Part shown: positions 1-11,100 of the stretch, in pieces | Layout: each line of letters begins with the position of its first letter | Position numbering within the stretch: position 1 is the first letter of the stretch | IMG/VR virus record: IMGVR_UViG_3300044731_002410 | Reading direction: 5' to 3' (one strand) | Source of the DNA: an uncultured virus (IMG/VR IMGVR_UViG_3300044731_002410) | Taxonomy: Duplodnaviria > Heunggongvirae > Uroviricota > Caudoviricetes | Length of the DNA: 64,000 nucleotides | The notes under the pieces: model-generated | Seen by the model: the letters and a program-made list of their open reading frames with translations, nothing else | What the model was told of the DNA's origin: nothing | Database searches by the model: none | Position numbers and translations under genes: made by a program

Positions 1-231
1 ATCCGAAAATGGGGTAACAGCCCCGCACTACGCTTGCCTACTGCTCTAATGAAAGAGGCAGGTTACCAACTCGAGCAAAAGGTGGACCTGGTTGTCTCGC
101 GCGGCCGGATCATCATTCAACCGTCAAAGAAGATCGAATACGACCTTGACACGCTGGTGAACGGCATCCACGCGGGCAATACCCATGATGAGGTCAACTT
201 CGGGCGACCCGTTGGCAATGAGGCACTTTGA
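1..231 (+). CDS. mazE: MazE/AbrB-family antitoxin (5' end outside window)
   Basis: Frame from base 1 reads IRKWGNSPALRLP (AbrB/MazE signature); its stop overlaps the start of the mazF-like gene. Confidence 0.85.
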   Translation: MRKWGNSPALRLPTALMKEAGYQLEQKVDLVVSRGRIIIQPSKKIEYDLDTLVNGIHAGNTHDEVNFGRPVGNEAL

Positions 232-575
232 TGCCGCCGCGTGCCTATGTGCCTGATGCCGGCGACGTTGTGTGGCTGAAATTCGATCCGCAGGCCGGGC
301 ATGAACAGGCGGGACACCGACCTGCCCTGGTAATCAGTCCGGCCAACTACAACGGCAAATCAGGCTTGATGGTCTGTTGCCCGATGTCCACCAAGGTAAA
401 AGGGCATCCATTCGAAGTCCTAACCGAGGTCGACGGTATCGAATGCGCGGTTCTGTCGGACCAGGTAACGTCTCTTGATTGGAAAATCCGACGCGCGAAA
501 AAAAACGCCACAGTTAGCACTGACGTCATGTTGCATGTACGGGCCAAGATTAAGGCGCTTTTGCAGATTCCATGA
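228..575 (+). CDS. mazF: MazF/PemK endoribonuclease toxin
   Basis: GDVVWLKFDPQAGHEQAGHRPALVISP...DQVTSLDW motifs. Confidence 0.92.
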   Translation: MMPPRAYVPDAGDVVWLKFDPQAGHEQAGHRPALVISPANYNGKSGLMVCCPMSTKVKGHPFEVLTEVDGIECAVLSDQVTSLDWKIRRAKKNATVSTDVMLHVRAKIKALLQIP

Positions 576-667
576 CTAACGTTCCCGGGTCGATGCAAAG
601 CCGGCTCAAACAAGCCTTGATCACGCGCACCGCCTTCTCTGCCATGTTCTGACAACAACGCTTTCAC
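575..667 (-). pseudogene. Fragment of a Doc/Fic death-on-curing toxin
   Basis: LLSEHGREGGARDQGLFEPALHRP resembles the Doc N-terminal segment; the rest of the gene is absent. Confidence 0.55.
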
Positions 668-716
668 CCCAAGGGCCCCGGGTTAGCCCATCAGATATGC
701 GGTGGCACTTGCCCTG

Positions 717-831
717 GTTTTACCCTGATTAACCAGCGCCTCCGACCACTTCTCGAGCAGCTTTTTTACCGCTTGGTCCCAACCACACACAACTTGTAAA
801 GCGGCGTTCGTACAGCTATTGCAACGGGTTA
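717..831. repeat. Diverged direct repeat copy A (copy B at 2121-2234)
   Basis: Shared blocks gttttaccctg, cctccgaccac, tctcgagcagcttt, cttgtaaagcggcgttcgtac, cgggtta. Confidence 0.85.
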
Positions 832-976
832 AGTTTGCCTGCATCGAAGAAAACTATCCTGTAGAAAAGCCTGAGCATCCCTGCCGATGTGCTGATTGCT
901 CAGACGGCTAAAAGATGATCGACACACAAGCGCCTGAACTGCTTGCTAACTGTGAATAACTGATTACAATGAGCTT

Positions 977-1084
977 ATGCTTACTGTCAAACGCTTGCCT
1001 GAATTTGATGATCGGCTGGGTGGTCTTAAGGACGGCATGACTCGCATCCGCCTAGCGCGTCGTCGCGCTGGCCGTAACGCTTAA
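977..1084 (+). pseudogene. Internally deleted RelE/ParE-type addiction-module killer toxin
   Basis: MLTVKRLPEFDDRLGGLKDGMTRIRLARR (toxin N-terminus) joined out of frame to ALAVTLKE* (C-terminus), directly upstream of the antidote gene. Confidence 0.7.
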
Positions 1085-1097
1085 GGAGTAATCGATC

Positions 1098-1406
1098 ATG
1101 ACAGAAATGATCAAACTGACAGAACTGCCCGACTTCGATATGGCGGAACACTTAAAGTCTGACGAGGATATTGCGAATTATCTGACTTTGGTGCTCGAGG
1201 AGAATGACGCTACCGAATTCACCCACGCTTTAGGCATCATCGCCCGGGCACGGGGCATGACGGAAATGGCGCGCGCTTCCGGTCTTACGCGCGAGGCACT
1301 CTACAAGGCGTTGCGACCGACCTCGCACCCGCGTTTCGATACCATTACCAAAGTGTGTGCTGCGCTGGGTGTCAAACTCGTTGCGCAACCGATTCAGCAC
1401 GCCTGA
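1098..1406 (+). CDS. Addiction-module antidote protein (HTH antitoxin)
   Basis: FDMAEHL...ALGIIARARGMTEMARASGLTREALYKAL...PRFDTI pattern; RBS aaggag. Confidence 0.88.
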   Translation: MTEMIKLTELPDFDMAEHLKSDEDIANYLTLVLEENDATEFTHALGIIARARGMTEMARASGLTREALYKALRPTSHPRFDTITKVCAALGVKLVAQPIQHA

Positions 1407-1623
1407 GTTGTGCGGCCACGCAGTCAATCGGGTTCTTTGAAACACTATTTTCTGCAAAGAAGATCAACATGTGATTCGTCACTGCATTGGCAAGTTCACG
1501 TGTAGAGACCGTTGCTCGCGCATGCACCTAATTGGCATTTGCTTCCAGGCAGTGCTCTCACCGAATATGCGCTTGGACTATGCACCCTTAGACAACTCAG
1601 AACTAAAAGCTATCACTAAATCT

Positions 1624-1733
1624 CTGTGTAATTCCTGTGTAATTGTGCCAAGAAAACCCGAGAATTTCACAGAATTTTTAAACTATTACCTTAAGTTGTG
1701 TAATATTCATATCCAATCAAAATCAATAAGTTA
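1624..1733. promoter_or_regulatory. Putative integrase arm-type repeats plus IHF site next to att
   Basis: CTGTGTAATT at 1624 and 1635, TGTGTAAT at 1697; AATCAATAAGTTA (1721-1733) fits IHF consensus WATCAANNNNTTR. Confidence 0.55.
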
Positions 1734-1780
1734 CCTAAAACAAGTGAGAATCTAGAAGAATAAAGAACGACCTTGAGACC

Positions 1781-1827
1781 GACTGTTAATCCGTAGGTCC
1801 CTGGTTCGAGCCCAGGTCGGGGAGCCA
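1781..1827 (+). tRNA. 3' half of tRNA-Asn(GTT), att-site duplication (not an intact tRNA)
   Basis: gactGTTaatccgtaggtccctggTTCGAgcccaggtcggggagCCA has anticodon loop, T-arm and CCA; D-arm and 5' acceptor strand are missing. Confidence 0.9.
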
Positions 1828-2120
1828 AAATAATCCGATACAAAACAACCACTTATGGTCGGATTCTAGAAAGTCTTTAGAAATTTATTTTTCCCTTATT
1901 ACCAAAGTCGTTCCCCTATCTTTTTTGACTTAGGGGAACGGGCAAAGATTCGTCTTTGCTGGGACCTTTAAAACGCCAACATGATGGGTCGTTTCGGCTG
2001 CTTGCCCACTCAAAAGATTTGGCTGTGCCTCAACGGTCTTTCTTAATTCTCCGAAAAATCTCTCTTATCGACCGTCTGTATGCAGCGCACAATAACCGTT
2101 CGTCGGTATCACTCGGGCCA

Positions 2121-2234
2121 GTTTTACCCTGTTTTGTAACCACCTCCGACCACCTCTCGAGCAGCTTTCTGCGCTTGTTCGCTAACACACGCATCTTGTA
2201 AAGCGGCGTTCGTACGGCTTTCGCAATCGGGTTA
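2121..2234. repeat. Diverged direct repeat copy B
   Basis: Similar to 717-831; minus strand reads NPIAKAVRTPLYKMRVLANKRRKLLERWSE. Confidence 0.85.
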
Positions 2235-2612
2235 CGCGGGTACGGAGTGTCGTGGGTTTCAATGGGTAGGAAACCTAAAGCGTTGAATAGCTCAATTTGA
2301 AACAGCACCCATCTGCCCTGATTGGACTTCCAAAAGAGGTTTTTACAGCGGCGCGAACTCAGACGAGACAGCCAACATGACAATTAGGCGCGAAGATTCG
2401 AGGCCGAATCAATGTGACATGACATGGCGACTTCTGTCAGCAAACACAGGTTCGCCTGCTTGTTGCAATGGTGGACTCGTGCAGCCTTCAACTCATACGT
2501 CAGTGTTCGATAGTCTTTTGTGAGATTTAATCTCTTAAGTTAGTCTTGATTTTGCCTAACATGTACAATTCAGGTATATGAAAATCGGTTTTTTCTCGAA
2601 AGGAGTAAGCGC

Positions 2613-3956
2613 ATGATCATAAGCTTCTCTGTCGAAAACTGGATGTCTTTCCGCGACCGCGTTACCTTCTCAATGGTTGCAAGTCGGGAACGCCAGCACG
2701 GAGAAAGACTACCCAAGCTCGGGAAGTACAACACTCGGATCCTGCCTGTAGCCGCCATTTATGGAGGGAACGCCTCTGGTAAGACCAATTTTTTCAAAGC
2801 ACTTAATTTCGCGAAGATCCTGGTGGTCAAGGGTACCCAGCCGGACAGCCATTTGGCAGTTGAAAGTTTCCGTCTGGATAACGCCAGCATGGATAAGCCC
2901 TCTCGATTTGCTTTTGAGTTGTTGATAGAGGAGAACATTTACGAGTTCTCCTTCTCGTTGAACCGCAAGACCATCCTTGATGAGCGGCTGGTTGTCATTA
3001 CAAGCACCAGCGAACTAGAACTCTATACACGTCAAGGCAACAAGATAGATTTTGCCGAGACCCTGAAGAAGGATCAGTTCCTGCAATTTGCTTTCAAGGG
3101 CACACGCGATAACCAGTTGTTTTTGACAAACTCAGTTTCCCAAAAAGTGGACAAATTCCGTCCAGTCTATGACTGGTTCAAGGAGACGCTGGACTTAGTC
3201 GCACCAGACTCGCGCTTCGAACCATTCGAGCAATTTCTTGATGATGGTCATCCGCTGTATGCCACGATGAACGAGATGTTGCCGCAGCTCGATACAGGTA
3301 TTGCCCATCTTGGCGGCGAGGAAATCCCCTTCGAAAATATTCCCTTGCCAGAACCCATAAAGATGATGATTCGAGAAGAGGTCAAGGAAGGAATCGCGAT
3401 TCGTCTGATGTCAGACCAGAACGAGCGCTTTGTCTTTACTCGTAAGAATGGCGAACTGACCGCTAAGAAATTGGTTACGTACCATCCAAAAGGGGATGGA
3501 ACGGAAGCCAAATTTGACATCAGGCAAGAGTCAGATGGATCACAGCGAGTCATCGATCTTCTGCCCGCATTCTTGGAACTCGCGGCAACTGGGTCGAAGA
3601 AAGTATTCGTGATTGATGAAGTTGATCGAAGCCTTCATACGTTATTGACACGCCGGCTCTTGGAGGCGTATCTAGCAAGTTGCTCTGGTGACACTCGCTC
3701 GCAACTATTGCTGACTACGCACGATGTCCTGCTCATGGACCAGCAGCTGCTTCGTCGGGATGAGATGTGGGTAGCAGAGCGCAAACCGACCGGTGTATCG
3801 GCGTTGGTCTCCTTCGCCGAGTACAAGGATGTGCGGTACGACAAAGACATCCGAAAGAGCTATTTGCAAGGCCGACTTGGTGGTATACCTCGAATTTTGA
3901 TTAGCAGCAATTTCGCCGAAAACGGTGGAACTGAAACTTCGGAGAAGGTGCAGTAG
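2613..3956 (+). CDS. AAA_21/ABC-type ATPase, RloA-like
   Basis: Walker [11 protein letters not shown], signature ESDGSQR, Walker [25 protein letters not shown]. Confidence 0.88.
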   Translation: MIISFSVENWMSFRDRVTFSMVASRERQHGERLPKLGKYNTRILPVAAIYGGNASGKTNFFKALNFAKILVVKGTQPDSHLAVESFRLDNASMDKPSRFAFELLIEENIYEFSFSLNRKTILDERLVVITSTSELELYTRQGNKIDFAETLKKDQFLQFAFKGTRDNQLFLTNSVSQKVDKFRPVYDWFKETLDLVAPDSRFEPFEQFLDDGHPLYATMNEMLPQLDTGIAHLGGEEIPFENIPLPEPIKMMIREEVKEGIAIRLMSDQNERFVFTRKNGELTAKKLVTYHPKGDGTEAKFDIRQESDGSQRVIDLLPAFLELAATGSKKVFVIDEVDRSLHTLLTRRLLEAYLASCSGDTRSQLLLTTHDVLLMDQQLLRRDEMWVAERKPTGVSALVSFAEYKDVRYDKDIRKSYLQGRLGGIPRILISSNFAENGGTETSEKVQ

Positions 3957-4561
3957 TGGCAGCTCAGCGACGAAAATTCCAGCGGCCACTGGGAGAGCGG
4001 CGCTATAAAAAGTTGTTCCTTGTCGCTGCTGAGGGCATCAAAACCGAACCGATTTATTTCAGCGTCTTCACGGACGACAAGTACATCGTACAAGTAAGCT
4101 GTTTGAAAGGTAGGAGCAATAGCTCACCACCTCAGGTGTTGAAAAGAATGACCGACCACATTCTGAGCGAGGGGCTCAAATCCTCGGACGAAGCGTGGCT
4201 GGTGGTGGATAAGGACCAATGGACCGATGAGCAATTGGCACAGCTGCACCAATGGGCATCGCAACAAGATAATTACGGCTTTGCGCTCAGCAACCCGAAA
4301 TTTGAATATTGGTTATTGTTGCATTTTGAGGACGGAACGGGCATTGGCTCCTCAAGGAATTGCTCGGAGCGTCTCAAGCGGTGGATTCCAAATTATGACA
4401 AAGGGTTTGATACGAGGAAGATTACTCAGTCAGGAATCGAAGATGCTATTCGTCGTGCAAAGAAACGGGATGACCCGCCGTGTGACGATTGGCCGAAAAA
4501 CCTCGGACAAACAACGGTGTATAGGCTGATCGAAAGCATACTTAAATCGCGGGCCTATTAA
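3956..4561 (+). CDS. rloB: RloB-domain protein
   Basis: [32 protein letters not shown] motifs; translationally coupled to the ATPase. Confidence 0.85.
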   Translation: MAAQRRKFQRPLGERRYKKLFLVAAEGIKTEPIYFSVFTDDKYIVQVSCLKGRSNSSPPQVLKRMTDHILSEGLKSSDEAWLVVDKDQWTDEQLAQLHQWASQQDNYGFALSNPKFEYWLLLHFEDGTGIGSSRNCSERLKRWIPNYDKGFDTRKITQSGIEDAIRRAKKRDDPPCDDWPKNLGQTTVYRLIESILKSRAY

Positions 4562-5215
4562 ATGATCTAATTCGAACTTTTCCGGTCATGGCCCAGCCCA
4601 CTAACACGGCAAATTATGTCCCAAAAACCGTACTCATAATCACATCAGAGCTCGTTACTTATCCCACAGCAGCTGTGCACCTGATGCCAGATCGAAATGC
4701 CTAGCGTGGTCCGGCAGCGTCTACTCCAGGAAGGCCGCAAAGATATCAGGCGCCAGAGTGGTGAAGTTCACCGCACGGCTCACTTAGGCATGGTCCTTTC
4801 CCCCCATCTAAACAACTTATATCAGGTTCCATGCCTTGCCGGCCTGCAGGATAGCAACCTCTGACCGTAGCGGATGCTCTTCCACAATTGTTTGGCTCAA
4901 AGGATTGGTTTGAATCGGCCGTAGCAGTTGAAGCATGGTTTTGGGGTAAAAATCTTGACGGCGGAACTAACGGCTATGCCAGGACCGGTGGGCTTACATC
5001 GCATGTACTACATCAAAGGACTTAACTACACCGGACTCAGCCCGACGCAGTTTCCTTCCGGCCATCAAAACCTCGAAGAACGAAATCAAGTTAAGGCTCT
5101 CGACGGGCTCACCTGGTGAGCCTCTGAGGGCTGATGATCTTTGCGAGGTTTGCAGTACATTTATACCTAGTGATTAACGACAATCAACGAATGTTTGCCC
5201 TTTAAGGACGGCTTG

Positions 5216-6763
5216 ATGATCGAGGACATTAAGAAAACGCTATGGGCGACTGCCGATAAGCTCCGAAACAATATGGACGCGGCCGAGTACAAGCATCTCG
5301 TGCTTGGGCTGATTTTTGTCAAGTTCGTGAGCGATAGTTTTGAAGCACACAAAAGCGCACTGGAAAAACGACTACAAAATCCAGACGACGAACTCTTTCT
5401 TCACGACGCTTCGCCTGATGAATTAGCGGAAGAACTCGAAGAGCGCGACTACTACACAGCCGAAAATGTCTTCTGGGTACCTGAGACGGCCCGCTGGTCT
5501 AAGCTGCAAGCCGCTGCGCCGCAGCCCGATATTGGTAAGCGAATTGACGACGCGCTTGGTGAAATTGAGCGCGAAAATCCAAAGCTAAAGGGCATCCTCG
5601 ACAGACGGTTTGCGAGGGCTCAGCTGCCAGATGGGAAGTTGGGCGAACTCGTTAATTTGATTGCGACGATTGGCTTTGGTGAAAACCCTTCTGCTGCGCG
5701 AGACATCCTTGGGCAAGTCTATGAGTATTTCTTGGGAATGTTTGCAAACGCCGAAGGAAAGCGTGGTGGTCAGTTTTATACGCCTGCCTCGATCGTAAAG
5801 ACACTCGTCCAAGTGCTCCAACCCACAAAGGGACAAGTCTACGACCCATGTTGTGGATCAAGTGGGATGTTTGTTCAAAGTGAGCGTTTCATCGAGGCAC
5901 ATGGCGGGAAGATCGGTGATATTTCGATCTACGGTCAGGAAGCCAATCCAACCACCTGGCGTCTCGCAGCTATGAATCTTGTGATCCGAGGTATGGATTA
6001 CCACCTTGGCAAAGAGCCTGCGGATACCTTTACCAATAATCAGCATCGTGACTTACGGGCGGACTTTGTTCTAGCTAATCCGCCTTTCAATATCAGCGAC
6101 TGGTGGCACAGCAGCCTTGAAGGCGACCCGCGCTGGGTCTATGGCACACCGCCCCAGGGTAATGCAAACTATGCGTGGTTACAGCACATGTTGTTCCACC
6201 TCAAGCCAAGCGGACGCGCCGGTATCGTTCTAGCTAACGGATCAATGAGCTCCAGTCAGAACAGTGAAGGCGACATCCGCCGGGCGATGCTCGAGGCCGA
6301 TGTGGTGGAGGTGATGATCGCGCTGCCTGGGCAATTGTTCTTCAACACCCAAATACCCGCTTGCCTATGGTTCCTTACCAAGAAAAAGTTAAGGCGCAAG
6401 GGCGAAGTGCTGTTCATTGACACCCGCAAGCTCGGCAGCATGATCAGCCGCGTGCAGTCCGAACTAACCGATGAAGTGATTGACCGTATCGGTGCGACGG
6501 TAGCGGCATGGCGTGGTGAGAGTGGCGACTATGTGGATACTCCCGGCTACTGCCGTAGCGTCACGCTAGAGGAGATTGCCCAGCACGGCCATGTGCTGAC
6601 GCCGGGGCGCTATGTGGGCGCCGAAGAAATCGAAGACGACGACGACGCCTTCGCTGACAAGATGCAGGCGCTCACCGAAAAGCTGGGAGAACAAATGGCA
6701 AAGGGCGCGGAGCTTGACCAGTTGATCCGGCAGAAGTTGGGAGGGTTGGGGTATGAGTTCTGA
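5216..6763 (+). CDS. hsdM: Type I R-M methyltransferase subunit M
   Basis: LWATADKLR, GQFYTP, YDPCCGSSGM, ANPPFN; ATG at 5216 follows aaggac. Confidence 0.95.
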   Translation: MIEDIKKTLWATADKLRNNMDAAEYKHLVLGLIFVKFVSDSFEAHKSALEKRLQNPDDELFLHDASPDELAEELEERDYYTAENVFWVPETARWSKLQAAAPQPDIGKRIDDALGEIERENPKLKGILDRRFARAQLPDGKLGELVNLIATIGFGENPSAARDILGQVYEYFLGMFANAEGKRGGQFYTPASIVKTLVQVLQPTKGQVYDPCCGSSGMFVQSERFIEAHGGKIGDISIYGQEANPTTWRLAAMNLVIRGMDYHLGKEPADTFTNNQHRDLRADFVLANPPFNISDWWHSSLEGDPRWVYGTPPQGNANYAWLQHMLFHLKPSGRAGIVLANGSMSSSQNSEGDIRRAMLEADVVEVMIALPGQLFFNTQIPACLWFLTKKKLRRKGEVLFIDTRKLGSMISRVQSELTDEVIDRIGATVAAWRGESGDYVDTPGYCRSVTLEEIAQHGHVLTPGRYVGAEEIEDDDDAFADKMQALTEKLGEQMAKGAELDQLIRQKLGGLGYEF

Positions 6764-8135
6764 GTGGATAGAAACCGTCTACGGCGCGATGCCGTTTGGC
6801 CTCAATTGCGCAAAGCTTGGCGAGCTGTGTGTAGAAGGCGGAGTACAAACTGGACCATTCGGTAGCCAACTACATCAAGAAGACTATGTAGAGTCTGGAA
6901 CCCCAATAATCACAGTGGAACATCTGGGGGAAAACCGGATTGTTCATGCCAACCTACCAAAGGTATCCGATGAGGATCGTCAGCGACTTGCCAAGTACAC
7001 TCTGAAATGCGGAGACATAGTTTTCAGCCGGGTCGGCTCAGTTGACCGCCGCGCCCTTGTTCAGCAGCGCGAAGATGGATGGTTATTCTCAGGGCGCTGC
7101 CTACGTGTAAGGCCGCAAACGGAAATATTGGACAGCCAATGGCTTTCATATTTTTTTGGGCTACCCAGCTTTAAGAACTACATACGGGGTATTGCCGTTG
7201 GAGCAACGATGCCATCGCTGAACACGAAACTGTTGAGTGATGTTCCTATCTATTTTCCTTGCTTGGATATACAGCGTCAGGCCGCTATTGCGTTATCTGC
7301 CCTCGACGACCGCATCACCCTCCTACGCGAAACCAATGCCACGCTGGAAGCCATCGCGCAGGCGATCTTCAAGTCGTGGTTTGTTGATTTCGACCCCGTC
7401 CGCGCCAAGCAGGAAGGCCGCGCCCCGGAAGGCATGGACGAAACCACCGCCGCGCTGTTTCCCGATAGCTTCGAGGAGTCGGAGTTGGGGTTGGTGCCGA
7501 GGGGGTGGGGGGTGGAATGGCTTTCCAATGTTTTTGACTTTAAAGAAGGCCCAGGAATCAGGAATTGGCAGTACACCAATTCTGATGTCGGTACACGGTT
7601 CATAAACATTCGTTGCATTCAGGACGGCGATCTATCGATTGAAACGGCCAACCGTATTACCGATGAAGAAGCGAACGGGAAGTACGCGCACTTTCACTTA
7701 AAGTCTTGGGATGTGGTCGTTTCAACTTCGGGAACACTCGGGCGAAGTGCCATCGTGCGAGAAGATCACCTCCCGCTAATGTTGAATACCAGCGTAATCA
7801 GGTTCAGGCCAGTTGAAGGCATGACCTGTTTCAGTTATGTCTACGAGTATCTCAACACGCCAGAATTTATGTTCAAGGTTGAATCGATGGCCTCTGGAAG
7901 TGTTCAGAAGAACTTTGGGCCAATGCACTTAAAGCAGATGAAGCTTGTCTTGCCGCCGATAGAGTTAATTGTGTGCTACGAGAGCGCTGCAAGGCCACTG
8001 TTTGAAAAGATCGTGACGAATCGAGCGCGTGCCCAAACTCTCGCTGCCCTCCGCGACACCCTGCTCCCTCGCCTGATTTCCGGTCAGCTTCGCCTGCCAG
8101 ATGCCGAAGACATTATTGCTGAGACCGCTACATGA
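6753..8135 (+). CDS. hsdS: Type I R-M specificity subunit S
   Basis: Two TRDs separated by the conserved LEAIAQAIFKSWFVDF spacer; C-terminal LRDTLLPRLISG. Confidence 0.93.
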   Translation: MSSEWIETVYGAMPFGLNCAKLGELCVEGGVQTGPFGSQLHQEDYVESGTPIITVEHLGENRIVHANLPKVSDEDRQRLAKYTLKCGDIVFSRVGSVDRRALVQQREDGWLFSGRCLRVRPQTEILDSQWLSYFFGLPSFKNYIRGIAVGATMPSLNTKLLSDVPIYFPCLDIQRQAAIALSALDDRITLLRETNATLEAIAQAIFKSWFVDFDPVRAKQEGRAPEGMDETTAALFPDSFEESELGLVPRGWGVEWLSNVFDFKEGPGIRNWQYTNSDVGTRFINIRCIQDGDLSIETANRITDEEANGKYAHFHLKSWDVVVSTSGTLGRSAIVREDHLPLMLNTSVIRFRPVEGMTCFSYVYEYLNTPEFMFKVESMASGSVQKNFGPMHLKQMKLVLPPIELIVCYESAARPLFEKIVTNRARAQTLAALRDTLLPRLISGQLRLPDAEDIIAETAT

Positions 8136-11100
8136 CTGAAGACCAACTGGAACAAGAAACGCTTGGCTGGCTTGCTTCGGTTGGTTACTCCCCACTTAAC
8201 GCGCGCGACCTAGACAGACTGGATCCGCGACTTGAGCGTTCGGACCTTCGAACCGTCGTTCTAGAACGTGAGCTTAAGCAGTCACTTAGGCAACTGAACC
8301 CCAAGGTTCCAACCGTTGCAATCGATGACGCTTTTAATCAACTATTAGCCGTAGAAAACCTACCGCTGATCCAGGCCAACAGGCAGCTTCACCGCCTACT
8401 GGTCAATGGGGTGCCTGTTCAGTATCAATCGAACCACGAGACAGTAGGCGATCTTGTTCGAGTGATCGACTGGGATCAACCAGCAGCTAACACATGGATC
8501 GCCGTGCAGCAGTTCACAATCAAAGGCCCAAAGCATACGCGCAGGCCCGACATCATCCTCTTTATCAATGGGCTGCCGTTGGTATTGATGGAATTGAAGA
8601 ATCCAGCCGATATTGCTGCCGATATCTGGATGGCCTTTGACCAACTGCAAACCTATAAGGAACAGATTCCAGACGTTTTTGCTTACAACGAACTCTTGGT
8701 TATCTCTGATGGATCGCTTGCCCGTGTTGGCTCTTTGTCCTCAAATCGCGAGCGATTTATGCAGTGGCGGACGATTGATGGCGTTGAGCTTGACCCATTA
8801 GGGCAGTTTAGGGAACTGGAAGTTACTGTAGCTGGGCTTTTATCGCCACCAAATCTGCTTCATTACTTGCGGCACTTTGTACTTTTTGAAGACGATGGAA
8901 TCGTCATAAAAAAGACTGCGGGCTACCATCAATTCCACGCCGTTCGTGCGGCCGTCGAGAAAGTTTTCCAAGCATCGACAACAAGCGAAAATGCGCTTCG
9001 TGGCAAGGGTGGCGTTGTGTGGCACACCACAGGGAGCGGGAAAAGTATCACCATGACTTGTTTTGCCGCTTGCCTTCTTAAGGATATTCGGCTCGAGAAT
9101 CCAACCATCATCGTCGTTACTGACCGAAATGATCTTGACGGTCAATTGTTCGGTGTATTTGGGATGAATCAAGACTTGCTCAGAGAAGAGCCTGTCCAAG
9201 CCACAACAAGAACGAAATTAAGAGAACTTCTAACCAAGCGACCGGCCGGCGGGATTATTTTCACAACGATCCAAAAGTTCATGCTCGGTGAGGATGAGGA
9301 CACCTACCCCACCCTGTGCGACCGACGAAACGTAGTGGTTATTGCCGATGAGGCCCACAGAACGCAGTATGGGTTTCAAGCACGACTCAAATCGCGCTCT
9401 GCAACGAGCGTATTGACCACCGACGGGAAGCCCCCACCAGCCCTGGCCAGATTTGCGCCTGAAGAGTCAGAATCAACCCGATATGTGGCAGGCTACGCAC
9501 AACACCTTCGAGATGCGCTACCAAATGCCACATTTGTAGCCTTTACGGGCACCCCAATAAGCACCACTGATCGTGATACGCAAGCTGTATTTGGTGAACA
9601 CATTCATGTCTATGACATGCAGCAGGCGCAACAAGATGGCGCAACAGTAGCGATCTATTACGAAAGCCGACTGGCAAAGCTTGGACTTGATGAGGCAGAG
9701 CTAACAGCCCTTGATGAAGATATTGATGAACTTGCTGAAGATGAAGAAGAAAGTGCTCAAGCAAAACTTAAACAGCGCTGGTCAGCTCTAGAGAAGGTCG
9801 TTGGCGCTGCACCGCGAATTGCTCAAGTTGCTGAGGATCTTGTGCAGCATTTCGAGGAGCGCAGCGAGGTTCAATACGGTAAAGCGATGATTGCGGCGAT
9901 GAGTCGGGAGATTTGCGTTCATCTTTATAACGAAATAGTCAAACTTCGTCCCCAGTGGCACGACGACGATCCTGAAAAGGGCGAAATAAAAATTGTAATG
10001 ACCGGGAGCGCCAGCGATAAGGCGCTGCTGAGGCCCCATATCTACCCAAGCCAAACAAAAAAGAGGCTGGAAAAGCGCTTCAAGGACCCTGGTGATCCGC
10101 TCAAATTAGTCATTGTTAGGGACATGTGGTTGACAGGCTTCGATGCACCCTGCGTACACACCCTATACGTCGACAAACCCATTAAGGGCCTTAACCTCAT
10201 CCAAGCTATCTCAAGAGTCAATCGGGTCTTCAAAGACAAGCAAGGCGGTCTCGTTGTCGACTACATCGGTATTGGTGAAGACTTAAAAGCCGCTATGAAG
10301 ACCTATGCGGCAAATAAGGGCAAGGGACGTCCAACCGTTGACTCCCGTGAAGCCCTAGCGATTGTGCTTGAGAGAATGGATATCCTCAGAGCGATGTTGC
10401 ACGGGTTTGACTACACGAACTTTAGAACAGGCGGGCACCGGATTCTTGCAGGTGCTGCAAATCATGTACTTGGACTTCCAAGCATCAATGATGAGGATCC
10501 AAAGCGGCGATTTGCTGACCATGCGCTTGCATTGAGTCACGCGTTTAGTCTTTGCTGCACCCTTGCTGAAGCTCGTGAATTACGCGATGAGATTGCTTTC
10601 ATGCAAGCAGTCAAAGTTATTCTCACAAAGCCTGCTGCCTCTGGAAAACGCCTCTCGGATGAAGAAAAGGACTATGCAGTTCGTCAGATCATCAACTCAG
10701 CAGTTGTATCAATTGGTGTTGTTGACATCTTTGAGTCGGTCGGCCTTGAGAAGCCAAACATTGGTTTGCTCGATGAGGCCTTTTTAACGCAAGTCAGAAA
10801 TTTGCCAGAGAAAAACCTCGCCGTTGAGTTACTCGAACGGCTACTTCAAGGCGAAATCAAGAGTCGCTTTAAGACCAATATCATCCAGGATCGCAAATTT
10901 AGCGAAATGCTTTCCGAAGTTATAAGACGCTATCAAAATCGTAGCATTGAGACAGCCCAAGTCATCGAAGAGCTCATCGAGCTCGCTAAGAAGTTTCGTG
11001 AGGCATCCAATCGCGGTGAGTCTCTTGGGCTCTCTGCCGATGAAGAAAAGTTCTATGATGCGCTTGCCGCTAATGACTCGGCAGTCCGAGAGCTGAAGGA

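Noticed and set aside
1471..1755. 94-aa ORF before the att site
   Set aside because: Spans AT-rich att-arm DNA and has no protein-like motifs
1755..1827. Intact tRNA-Asn gene
   Set aside because: Sequence upstream of 1781 cannot form the D-arm or the 5' acceptor strand
4562..5190. Gene or ncRNA between rloB and hsdM
   Set aside because: Only a short ORF without recognisable motifs; no supported structure
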